Below, piece after piece: positions 51,954 through 64,000 of a DNA stretch of 64,000 nucleotides. Source of the DNA: Phoronis australis. Lineage: Eukaryota; Animalia; Phoronida. Position 1 is the stretch's first letter. Each line of letters starts with the position of its first letter. The DNA lies in assembly GCA_002633005.1 (NCBI GenBank), contig NMRA01000728.1:62504-126503 (forward strand). Direction: 5' to 3'. The translations under genes were made by a program, and so were the position numbers. Below the pieces are notes generated by a model that made no database searches, was not told the DNA's origin, and was given only the letters and a program-made list of their open reading frames with translations.

Positions 51954-52033
51954 ATGACTCACCCGTCCGCATTACCTAATGACTCACGTCACGTTACGTA
52001 GTGATTCACCTGTACGCGGTAACTCATGACTCA
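51954..52033. promoter_or_regulatory. Cluster of AP-1/bZIP-type motifs, putative enhancer
   Basis: Three perfect ATGACTCA (TGACTCA at 51955, 51980, 52027) plus GTTACGTA and GTGATTCA within 80 bp. Confidence 0.5.
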
Positions 52034-52093
52034 GATCCAAGAATAACGTACCAGTACCCTTCTTCGTTTCACTCAAAAGTCTCGAAAAAAGAG

Positions 52094-52255
52094 CAGTGGC
52101 GTATTTAGAGAGGGGCGATGGTGCCTCCCTAAAATTCTCTCATATTCCATTTGGCAGTTCGGGTGTGCGAATGTTCGGACGGGCAAAATCCTGGTTTATA
52201 CTTTGCCCTTGCCCCCCTGCCCCCTCCTCACCTCAAAATCCTGGATTCGCTCCTG
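52094..52255. mobile_element. CAGTGGCG-type MITE, degenerate
   Basis: cagtggcgtatttagag...ctggattcgctcctg; interior similar to the copies at 25373 and 36707. Confidence 0.7.
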
Positions 52256-52950
52256 CAGCGTACCCACCGGTACGATTGACATCAGATTGCACTGCGACCG
52301 ATGAACATTTCAAAAGCCACCTGATTATCACATGAAATTGTAGTGTCGTCATCGCAGCCCGCGAAAGCAGTTCAATGCAATTATAGCCAATACAAATCAT
52401 GTTCTGATGCTAAATCACTTACTTTCTTTACTGAAATGGTTCTTTATTCAAAGCACCGTCGTTCGAATTGAATTTCGTTATACTAAAGCGTGTGGAATTC
52501 CCCAAACGGTCAAAATGAGTTGACTAACCCGCCGTGACAGGTATCTTAGCTAATGGGTTGTTGTGACGCAATAACAACCTGTCAGTTGTTCCCAAGTCTG
52601 GAAATCATTTTCTAGTCTGAGTAAGGAACACGTTGAAGCCGATTTTATATCAGTACCTAATCAGAAGTTGTTTTTGACAGAAGATGTTTATTTATTGCCC
52701 TCTGGAGCCGTTCAAACTATATGTTCAGCTGCAAAAGAATCAATATTTCTTCCAAGATTATTTGTTTTTTCCAAAATTGGGAACCACACTGCTTTCTAGT
52801 CCAAAGCAACCAACCGGATAACCACGGTTATTTTCATAGCTTCAAATTACCCCTTGGAGATGAGCTTTTGTTTGCTCATGTGCAAATTTCAGTCATATGA
52901 CTTGACTTATAGTCAATTTATTGTAATCCAAAAATATAATCGAGTTCCTG

Positions 52951-53350
52951 GGCTCGGTCTCTATTCTTTGTACTCGAAACGAACTCGAAACCATCTTTGG
53001 CAATTTCTCTGCTCCTTTTGTGCGAACTTAAGATAATTGGTTATCAGACTGTGCTCGAATACATTATAGTTTATGCATAGGAGTTTCTAGTTCAAGTTTG
53101 CTCTTGAAGACACTTATATTCGTGCTACAAACTCGAGTAAAAACTCGAAATTTCGAGTTCAAACTCGAACTTATTGCTTTAATATTGGGTTTACAAACTC
53201 TGAACGAAGGACAATAAATTATCTACGTAAGTTATTGTGTACTCGAGCATAGAATAATAGACACTTATCTTGATTTCGCCCAAAAGTAGAGTAGAAAATG
53301 CCAAACCTAATTTCGAGTTCCATTTCGAGTAAAAGATTGGAGACCGGGCC
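52951..53350. mobile_element. PIF/Harbinger-like MITE with a 3-bp TSD (CTG)
   Basis: CTG|ggctcggtctctattctttgtactcgaaacgaactcgaaa...tttcgagttccatttcgagtaaaagattggagaccgggcc|CTG. Confidence 0.85.
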
Positions 53351-54343
53351 CTGGTTGTATTGACTTCCGTACTTAAAATCACGTGAGTTGACTTGCAATA
53401 CTTGGTAGCTGTCTCGGATTTCTATGCTCGTAGGGCTAGAGAAATCTGGCCAAATTCACGTAATCGCGCCAATATCTCGCGAAGTCTTACTTTTCTAGCG
53501 AGGTTCTAGCGTTTTCGAACTCTACACAGGTCTCGTTATTTTAGTATTTGAAAGGGGTTTATAGTCATAAAATGTCATTTGTTTGTGTTTTTAGTTATTA
53601 TTCTATACATGATGAATTATCCTAAGCATACAGGACGGTGATGATAAACACAAGTACATACACACAAATGTTTCGGTTAGAACCGTCGTCATTGTTGACA
53701 GGCAGAAGCATTGGAGACACCAAATATTATTGGCAAATGAAGTTAACGAGCAACTCCATGAACTTGGAATGAAGCAAAGATAGAAACAAACTAGTTCTAA
53801 TTTGAATGAAAATCAAGATAAGACTGCAGTTTCAGTGGTCTTCGTCAAAAACTGTTTATGACAGAAGGCAAAGTTTTATCGCCCCTTCTAAGTGGGTTGT
53901 TTTATTGACGGGTGATTACTTCTTTTTCTAAATTATGGGCAGCAGTGTAATCATTCTGATACTCAAACATCCGACAGTCTTAAGTGAGAATGGGACAAAG
54001 TTTAATCACTAAACTACGAGTTTTCCCAGACTGTTCATAAAAACCTCCGCTTNTATTCGCGTACATGCACGTCCTATTGGCACTCATGCTCAACAGGACG
54101 CAACGCGTTAGACTACAGATGGCGCTGTGGTTCGAAAGGCTGAGTATCGGCACAAATATTGTTTGTCAGAAATATTTTTTTTTTACAAATATTGTTTTGA
54201 CTGCTTTTAAGATGCCAAATCAAACATTGATAGCTTTTCGATAAACTCCCAGCTTGTATCAGAGCCATTATCTACACCTGTTTCCCTGTGTCCTACGCCG
54301 CTGAGTTGTTCCTCTGCGACTACTTTTGTCTGCTCTGTCAAGG

Positions 54344-57300
54344 TCACGCTTCAACTCTCTTGAACACAAAGGTTCCAGGCTGGTCCTTACAGGTGAATGT
54401 CTACAAAACACGATAAAGATTCGATCAAGTTTGAAAACGCTGTTTTTATCAACTGGAGGTTTAATCCTACAACTATCCTCGGATCTCCGTGATAGTTCCT
54501 AAACTTACAGCGAAGTTTTTGAAAGTTTAAAGGTCGATGACATGATACAGACACGCATAGAAAGTTGTGTGGTTTGTTCCGAAATCCACAAAGTACGTTT
54601 ACATCTCGAGAGCTTTCGAGAGGTGAAGATGTGGTAGGTAATTTGAGGAGGCAATGCCCAGTTCTTACTGGGTTTTTACAATCCACCCATTACTCCGACT
54701 TACTGTCTTTATTCCACTCTGTCGAATTTTATCGAACAAAGTGAAAAGTTGTGATGAGTCGCTGGGCATGCAAGCTGCTACAAATGACCACTAAAACTTT
54801 CTTTTTGTCTCCTATTTTTGCCCCTTTCACTTCCACCGAAAAACATAACAAGGCCCCGAAAGAAGGTGTAAAAAATTCGCAAAATTGGAAATTTCATCTC
54901 CAGTCTATCACTTCCTTACTAGTGATAGACTAAGCCAACATTTAGCTTAGATAGTGAATTTCCTACACATTCCAAAAATATGGTTCAAAAGTGCGGCCAT
55001 TCAATTAGGTTTTTTGAAATTATGGGTTGCCTGGGAGCTACTTTAATTCGCAAAGACTTGTCAGTTGTCACGCAGCCATGTAGGAACGCTACAAGAGGTC
55101 ATTTAAAGTAAAGTGTATCTACAGGCGAACTAGTGAAGTTTTCTCATTCCCCGCATGTTCACTAATACAAGCAAACCAGATTCACTGAACATACTAGTCA
55201 TCCCTACGTCAAATATTTAATTTCTAAGCATTGCAAATTGTCACGGCTACAGGGTGCCACCTGGCGGCTGATTTCCAATAATGCACATTTAGAGACCTCT
55301 ATTGGGTATCCAAGAACCATTCTTTGGTGTGATACTCGGACTAGACTCAGGCTCAGACTAAAAGCTTAACCAATCACGCAGCATAATTCGAGTATAAATT
55401 TTGTAAGCTTACTCGATGTGTGCCATGCAGGTGACCAAATTTCAAGTTGAGTTTCTAGCTCATAGATTAAACCTGGGACCTGGAGTACGTTTCATGAAAA
55501 AGTGACTTAAGATTTAAGATAAGAACTTAGTCTTACGCTACCTCTACATTACTGATGAATAAAGGTAATTAGCCCCGTAACTACAGGCTAGGTCTAATGA
55601 GACTGTGCATTTCCCTTACTCAAGGATTAATTAATTTTCAGAAATATTTGTATGGAGCGTAAAGACCAAATTTCCGACTTGAGTCTTGAGTCACTTTTGA
55701 AACATAGTCCCCTGGTGAGCGATGTGACACACACCAATAGCACGCACTTTTGACGTCATTCAATATTTATTTATCAGTCAGAAGAAATGTTGCCACAGCA
55801 AATTTCTGAGAGCAAACCTCACGGCGTACATTCAGAAACTACATTTTTTAATGTTGAATTACCCCTAACGCATTTTATTAACACGTATTTTATCAACAGC
55901 TGGTGAGCCAAACAGTCTTAAATGTAGTCTGAGAAGCAGACTCACGCATTTACTGTTCGTGAGAACATTCTCAAACCATGAATAAAAACTGGCTTTGCCT
56001 CTAAAATTAGTCTTACGTGTTGACTCACAAGACAACATAAAAAAATTTCCGAATTTTAATACATACATGGACGTATAGTTATGAAGTTTTGTTTGCAGAA
56101 ATTCCCAGTATATACCCAACTCACATGTGTCAAAGTGTCGCCATTGACCACCTTGGTAATTTCTAGAATAATTTTCCCATAATCGAGCACCTCTTTCCAG
56201 GTATAGTCGTTTATCTTCGTGACTTGAACTTTGACCTAAAACGGCAAATTGTATATAAATTCAGACATTAAATGGGTTAAAATCAGCCCTCCGTTGTGTA
56301 CACGGACTACAGTTCACATGCGTGATAGGCTTTGCATTTATTTCATATATTTTTTCTAATTCGTCTTTTGGCTGCAATGTTGTTGGTACAACACGGGAAA
56401 ATCGAAAATTGAAATTTTAATTTTAAATGGTCTTCATTTCGAATAAAAAATGTAATATGTGGAAAGGACGCCGAGATTCGTCAAAACTGGTGTGTACCAC
56501 GTTTTCTTTTATGCAGTAGTTAAAGATGCTATTCCCACTTCATTTCAGTCAAAAGTTTCATCAAATGGATTTTAACGCAAGCTCGGGCAGCAGAAACTTG
56601 AGCCCAAATATCCCTCATTCAACACAACTACAAATACTTTCAAACTTAACCGAATTTAACATGAACGTTTACTTCATTTTTTGTTGGTGCACCTCCACCT
56701 AAAGTGGCCGCTGCAAAGAGTGATAGCTGACTCGTGCCGTGGTTACTCACTCCCTTCCGTCATCTTTATGAGGCTACCCTGGAAATCCTGTTCACGTTTT
56801 AAAAGAAACTTTGAAAAACTAATAGCAAAATAAGAAAAACACAAAGAGGGCTGAAAGTTGCGAAATGTTTGTATTTTAGTGATATCTTTCAACTGACGAA
56901 ACACCTCATGTGTTCTAAATTGGTAATTGTAAAGAAAAGGGTATTTTTAACTTACTGAAACGGAATATGCATCTTATGACCCCGCTTTATCAAAATGTGT
57001 ATCCCACAAGTCTCTAGTCGCAAAAAGATCAATGGAAGCTAAACCACATTTACGTCAACAGCAATGTTTCCAAAATGCAGCGTCACCTTCGCAATAGCGA
57101 GCTTACGACAGTCTTAGCTGCGACCTGACATAACTTTTGATTAAACGGATCCTACACCAACGTGGACAACACTACCAAGTTTGGATTTTTTAATCTTTTA
57201 AAACAGTTACCTCCGCCTCAGTGCCATCTGGGTACTTGAATTTGGACGTGGTTTCACTTTTTTCCTCTGTCAAGTTCAACTCCAGTTCAGACGTGTTCAA

Positions 57301-57615
57301 GATGTCGACCGTCCGGACTTTGTATTTATCGTCTGCAACTTTCGTGTACGTCACTTCCGGCTTAGCTGTCTTGATTTCTTGCCATTTTTCAAGAGGGAAA
57401 GCTGGGAACCAAGGAAATTACTTTTGTATAAAATAAAAAACATATTGAAATCGCGCAAGATGGTTTGCACTAAACAAGTAATATTTATTGCCAGTATGCA
57501 GTGATATTTTGCCTAGTGCTATCACACGAAACTCGTACTTACACAAACTTTCAGCAATCGCTTCGTCGTTCGTTGATGATTCGAATCTCCACGTTCCAGC
57601 AAAGACGGCAGCCAT
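54344..57615 (-). CDS. FABP: Fatty-acid-binding protein (iLBP/FABP family) paralogue B, 143 aa. Exons 57615..57543, 57401..57211, 56235..56125, 54400..54344
   Basis: MAAVFAGTWRFESSTNDE, KPEVTYTK, VVNGDTLTH, TFTCKDQPGTFVFKRVEA*. Same intron positions and phases as paralogue A; canonical splice sites. Confidence 0.93.
55481..55710. mobile_element. Harbinger-like MITE in FABP-B intron 3
   Basis: TIR gagtacgtttcatgaaaagtgacttaaga / tcttgagtcacttttgaaacatagtccc, with CTG on both flanks. Confidence 0.65.
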
Positions 57616-57676
57616 GATTTTTAATGAACTGCAACTTGAACACTCAAATTTCAGAAGACGGGCAGGTGACAACAGA

Positions 57677-57684
57677 TATATATA
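57677..57684 (-). promoter_or_regulatory. Putative TATA box of FABP-B
   Basis: TATATATA run ~65 bp upstream of the ATG. Confidence 0.5.
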
Positions 57685-59846
57685 CCACTTTGAATAGATT
57701 ATCAATCAGCTAAGCTGTTCACAATTGAAAATCGGATTTTTAAGATTGCATATTGCATTAAGTTGTGATTAACCGATTTTAAATAACAGCCACTGACTCT
57801 TATAACGCACTTGGTGATCCTACAAAGTGTGATTCACGGCCGAAAATGACCAGTGACCATAACGAGCTTTCCAAGTTTATCCAAGCACACCATGATTCTA
57901 GTTTTTTTGAATTTCTTCATTTGCCCTTCTGCATTGTCTCGTTATACGTTTACATTTTAGTGTATAGTTTGTTATGTAAGCCAACAACGGCATATGCCAC
58001 TGGAAACATTTCGTTCTACAGTGCCATGACCAAATATTCTCAGTTAAAGACATCCCCGGCGTCGCAGCGTAAATTTCAAACTGGAATAAACCAGGATAAC
58101 GTCGATAAATCTTCCTGTTTTATCAATCACTGAACTCAACTCTGTTATTTTTTTATCATGCATAATCATTAGGAACACTTTCTCGCTTAATTACAAAAAA
58201 CGAAAGTTCCGCTTAAGTTCGCAAACATGCACTAAACACTTCAACGAGATAATTTGAGGCTTCGAAAAATGTGCGAAGTGTTCCGGATGATAATAAGATA
58301 TCAATATTCTCCAGACTACAAACATGTGCATGATGATGGCGTACGGAAACGGATGAATATTGTAATTATAGCGCTTTTCAAAGATGGCGTTGCCAAGGGC
58401 TTCAAAGCCGAAAGAAGAATTAATTTTCACGTTTCGATATAAAATTTCAAGTTGTTCCTTTTAAGACTCAAGCGGTGCGTGTGCTGAGAAGATGTACAAT
58501 AGCAATCAGTCATTCTTTGAGACACGGAATACGTTGATAGATACGTGTTTAGAGAAGACGACTACATAGCAGCCTCATGAAACGTCCAAATGGCGTTCGA
58601 CCAAAAGGTCGACCAGACGACAGATGTCGTCTCATCGTCCGACCCTAATCAGTCGCTTCGCTGTCAAGCTTCTTTCCTTGAGAACTAGTTACATTGACGT
58701 GATTTGTGAGCGTTGGTTCTGTTTGTTATAACACGTGATTCACGAGAATATTAACATCATACGTGCGTTAACGCTATGTTAATTACTCGCCAGGCGGCAG
58801 GAAGGATGTTTTGGTGAACGCTCACGTCTATGACCAAAAAGTATAGTTTGTTTTGGTCCTCGCCCCCACTCATTTCGAAACGTGAGCTTTATTTTTTAAA
58901 ATTATCCTAGCTGAGTTGTCGGTCTTTTTCCGAGTCACACTAACGCTTATAATTTAGGCTTACGCGACGTGCCCTGGCAAGTCACCCACAATCGCCTTGT
59001 TATTGGACTTCATTGACTAAACAGTATGCTACGGCAACTGTGAACGTGCATCAGCGTCGGTGCCACTCAAGGAAACTGATCATGGTTATAACATACCTCA
59101 TATCATAATATATATGTAAGAAATGTGTTGTAACTGCCTTCGACTCCTTACACTCCTAATGTGCATGCCTAGAAGCACAAAAATATCGGCGAGCGCGCAC
59201 TGGCGTAGTGCGAGTACAACCAAAGGAGTATTGTTCACTTTTGGTTCTGTGTACTTAGGGTCGAGTTCAATCACGCTAGAAACTCTGTAGGAAAGGAAGA
59301 TATCACAATATTCCCCGAGATATGTGGCCGACTTTCAATAAAAACACGAGATTTTGGCTAAATTTTCTTGCCGCGAGTCAGCTATTGAGTTGTTTCCATG
59401 TTCGCATCTGTAAAATTACTCGCACTGATGGGTGAGTGGACGCGACTTCTGTGTTTGGATCCAGAAGTTAAAGTGAAATTGTGTTTCGATTTTTTACGCT
59501 TGCCGGATCATCAACTAAGCTACAGCTCAGGGCCTGTCACACAACACGATCGGCTCTGCCAACATCTGCAGCCAAAGACAAGATAGCTACTAATTAGACC
59601 ATGACAAGAACTGTTACCCAGTAGACATCAACATGGAATTAAAAGTAAATGAGAATTATTGCTCCCTTGTTGGGAGAACCAGACGTTTTTTTAATTCAAA
59701 ATTATGGACAACCATCATTTGTTTTTATCAATGCGATCGTAAGCTGCGTTCCATTAAATGAAAGCCAATGATCATTTTAGGTTTTGAAAACACACCTACA
59801 CATACACACGCGCTCGGACGCACCCACCCATGCAAACGCACCCGAA

Positions 59847-60890
59847 CACAGAGATACATACGCACACGCACACACGCACGCACACACACACACTTTTTAG
59901 CGGTGACATGTTGGTGGCGCAGGGGTAAAGTAGTGTTTTGTGGACATGAAGATCCTGGGAATGAATCACGATGGTCTTCCACTACTTCACAAAAATGTTA
60001 TAAGGGATTTAAATTTGGTTACCATATGAGCGGTCAGTTTTGCGTATTGTCAACACCGACATGCTGGCCGTCGTTTGTATAACTACATAATCTATCCGAA
60101 TTATATAACAAAGTGAGTTATTTTAAGTATTGCTATAAGCAGTATAATACGAAGATAAGTATACAGGCTGTAGGTGAATGTGTTTGCATTAGTGCCGCGC
60201 ATCTACAAAGAAGTAACACCAGCGTCATGTATACGCGTAAAGTTAGTTTATAAGGGAGTTGCTGTTGCCGAAGATGGAGTTAAAAGTAAAGAACAGTTAT
60301 TGTGTTTAGAGGGTACCAATCAGTGCTCTAGTTGGAGGGCCAGTCTCCATTGCTAAATTACTCGACNACACAGAGATACATACGCACACGCACACACGCA
60401 CGCACACACACACACACTTTTTAGCGGTGACATGTTGGTAGCGCAGGGGTAAAGTAGTGTTTTGTGGACATGAAGATCCTGGGAATGAATCACGATGGTC
60501 TTCCATTACTTCACAAAAATGTTATAAGGGATTTAAATTTGGTTACCATATGAGCGGTCAGTTTTGCGTATTGTCAACACCGACATGCTGGCCGTCGTTT
60601 GTATAACTAGATAATCTATCCGAATTATATAACAAAGTGAATTATTTTAAGTATTGCTATGAGCAGTATAATACGAAGATAAGTATACAGGCTGTAGGTG
60701 AATGTGTTTGCATTAGTGCCGCGCATCTACAAAGAAGTAACACCAGCGTCATGTATACGCGTAAAGTTAGTTTATAAGGGAGTTGCTGTTGCCGAAGATG
60801 GAGTTAAAAGTAAAGAACAGTTATTGTGTTTAGAGGGTACCAATCAGTGCTCTAGTTGGAGGGCCAGTCTCCATTGCTAAATTACTCGAC
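59847..60890. repeat. Duplication across n60367 (59847..60366 vs 60368..60890) starting in a CA/CG-rich microsatellite
   Basis: Near-identical ~520-bp copies joined at a single N. Confidence 0.85.
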
Positions 60891-61510
60891 GTCATTTTAT
60901 AACCTATAAGAAGCCAGAATAGATCGGAACTGTCAAGTCTGTTAGAAAATAGTCCAGTTACAAACATCCCTACTTGCAAGTAATAAATTGCGGAATGAGT
61001 TTCAAGGAGCCTAGATATCTACTCGCACGCACACCTCGAGCGTTCCTACAACTTGCGCCATTTCGCATCAGTTTCATTTCGGTGAAAACTGTTCTATTAT
61101 GGGTTTGAAGGACAGAGAGCATTTTGGGTAAATACCAGCGGCTTTCTGCCGGACAGTAAAGAGAGTTTCATGGAAATAGAATAGGCACAGTACATCCTGC
61201 TCATGTAGGCGTTTTATGCGGTTGGAACACACATTTCATGGCGCTGTCTGCCTTAGCTACGTTGTTTTTATAAAATGGGATTCAAAAGTGTTCTAATTGA
61301 ATGACGTGGAGGAGTACAAACCTGACAAGGTTCGGTAGCTAAGAGATAAAGAACACTTACTCGTTGAAAATTGGTTTATGAATCATGACATCTCTTTGTC
61401 TTTTTTTGTTTAGCGGTAAAAATGTGATCAGAACCTGATTGTCGTATTATACTTGGACGTCATATTCTTATAACATTTTCCTTAAATTTAACTGAATATT
61501 AGCACAATGC

Positions 61511-64000
61511 AGGGGTTGAAAGCAAGCGAAAGCCACCTTTATGCATCAAAAGTAGGTCACGACTAAAAAACTTGGATTTTCTCAATCAAAAACACAAGTA
61601 AATCAGTTTCCTGGTATTTGTTTTCAACAAATTCCTCGAACAACCAGCCAAACCTGACATACGCCCTGCACTTATAAATTCTAGGGACTAGAAAATGCCC
61701 CGTGGCTGCTGCCTAACTGTTAAGTGCTACCTAACCATTGCCCTTGCCAAGATCCTTTCTAGAATCTTCCACGAGATGGCTCTGTCGTACAATTTCCTCG
61801 GTACACTGTATTAAGTCTCTATGCATCAACTACTGTAGCTCATCTGAATTTCTTTTTGTTTTAAGCTCATAATATTCTACTTATTTAGTGATTGGTTAAT
61901 AAAAAACCACATGGTCATATTCAATCATATCATTGGCTGTTACAGTTTGTTCTCAGAATTTTCTAGAATCTCTAGAGTACTTCGACCACAGAACCCAAAG
62001 TTGTAAGCACTATTTAAAAATAGATTTTGACGTTAAAGTACATGTCAACAAGTTTGACCCCATGATTTAAAAGTACATATGCATGCACAAATTTTGGGCA
62101 ACTTAAAATGGATCTATTCTTACCAATTGCTTAATAAACATTTATTCTGACATCTACTGTGTTCCAGTGTTCTGGAGACAAAATCCTTACCATGGATGCG
62201 GGATGCTGCCGTTCGCCCAATACTAGCCGTAGATTCACATTACTAGGGTCATGTGCAGTGCAGTTAAATAATTTGAAGGGGGAGACGCCATGTAAACAAC
62301 TCAGTGCTAGGCTCCAAGAACCAGGGAAAGAATGCTTTCCGCAACCAGTTGGTGAAGAATGTGACTGAGGCTTTTAAATTTGGTGACGATTGAGCCATGG
62401 TTGGTGTTTGAAAGCGAAACTTTTGCCCCTTCGTCTGTGATGTGAATCAGGTAAAGATTGTGGAATTATAAATCGAACTAAAGGGAGTAAGAAGTTGGTG
62501 CCAAAGTTTTCCACGACGTCGAGATGAAAATTGCAAAATGATGGCCAACAAAGTGGATTAAAGCTCGCCTGGTCTCCAGCTACAGCACCACAGCCCTCGT
62601 ACTGCTATTCTGTTTATAATCTACAAAGTATCAACTTACCAACCCCTTGTTGTCACTAGTAGTACAAATAGAAATAGTAAACATTGGAACTTGACACCCA
62701 ACCACAAGCCGTCAGCTGCCAGGCCTATTATTCTGTACACTCAATAAATTAATTTTGTGAAATATTTGAAGACTTTTGGTTAGAAAATACAAAAATAACA
62801 CAAAAAACAGGGTAGGACATAACATCGAATTTTTTTCTGCACCCAATACTTATGATTTTAGAAAATAACCAGTTGATGTGAAGGCGGTGTATGTTAATTT
62901 CGTAACAGTTGATATAATATTTGGACAGCTATGCAATCATGAGGAAAGCTCCCCTGGTCTCCAGCTACAGCTCCACGGCTCTCGTACTGCTGTTCTGTTT
63001 ATATCCTAGAAAGTATCAACTTACCAACACCCTGTTGTCACTAGTAGTAGAAATAGTAAACACTGGAACTTGACAACCAGCCACAAGCCGTTGGCTGATA
63101 GGGCCTATTATTCTGTACACTAGATAAATTATTTTTATGAACTATTTCAAGACTTTTCGTTAGAAGAAACCAGAACAGCACAAAAAACAGGGTATGACAT
63201 AACATCATGTTTTTTCTACACCCAATACTTATGATTTTACAAAGTGACCAATTGATATGAAGGCGGTGTATTAATACAAAAGTTGTAGTAATTGTCAATA
63301 AATACCCTGTTGTTTTATTTCAAACATTTTAAAATTAGTTTCGTTCCTACACTGTTTAGAACTTGATGTTACTTTCGTAACAGTGGATATAATATTTTGA
63401 CAGCTATGTAATATACTACGAACTATTTTACTTGAGCAATGATACTATATTAGCATGGGTAAGTTGGTTTTGTTTGGTCACTAGTGTCATTCATGAAATG
63501 AATAATATAGAGTAGGACAAGAAACAAAATAATGGCAGAATAGTTGGTGGCAGTTGCTAAGCTGTCGACGAATGTGGACAATAGACCAACGGAATTATTG
63601 TATGAATTCCAAATGGTGACTTAATCGTCGGATGATTCCCGGTTAGCCCGGTCAAAACATGAAACAGTTGGTAGAAGCCGAATCATGAAACGATTGCTAG
63701 CAAACCAACAAAAATGAGCGAGGTAGGATAATATACTTGAAAAAACTTCTGTCTGAGGCAGAAGGCTCGTCACACACAGAAGAGGATCAGACGTACTCGT
63801 TAAAATTGTGGTTCTGTAATCGCAAAAAGTAACCCAAAATGAGGTACACGCGATGATAATAGGAAAACGTGGCAAAATGCGAAAGAATTTACCATCTCTC
63901 ACTAAGTCCAGATCAAATATAAAATCGTACTTGTGTTCGATTCTCATGAGAGCATTACAGCAAGTTCAAGTATATATCCTTACCATGGACTTAAAAGTGG
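61511..64000. repeat. Third copy of the multi-kb repeat (matches 37235..39832), running off the window end
   Basis: Starts aggggttgaaagcaa like 37236; shares the internal tandem duplication; one non-matching block (61865..62078 vs 37587..37807). Confidence 0.9.

Noticed and set aside
59728-60082. ORFs with VCVR/THAR repeats
   Set aside because: Translations of a CA/CG microsatellite.

Overview
Intron-rich animal genomic DNA, most likely a lophotrochozoan or mollusc (inferred from gene and repeat types). Most entries in the ORF track are noise or exon fragments. Manual splicing gives four genes: (1) a 5'-incomplete neuroglian/L1-like multi-Ig gene on + (6886..22036); (2) a complete 6-exon secreted peptidoglycan-recognition amidase (PGRP) on - (26807..34424), with an N-terminal domain resembling bacterial SH3b cell-wall-binding domains; (3-4) two tandem 4-exon fatty-acid-binding-protein (FABP) paralogues on - with altered ligand motifs. 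The rest is mobile DNA: a decayed LINE split by a Helentron-type non-autonomous element whose repeats each carry a CTCF-like motif, hAT-like MITEs with 5-bp TSDs, Harbinger-like MITEs, TTAA-targeting elements, a THAP relic, a possible Penelope-like RT relic and a multi-kb repeat family. Several near-identical duplications abut single-N joins and look like uncollapsed haplotypes; two of them reveal transposon presence/absence polymorphisms. All family assignments come from motif recognition by eye; no searches were run.
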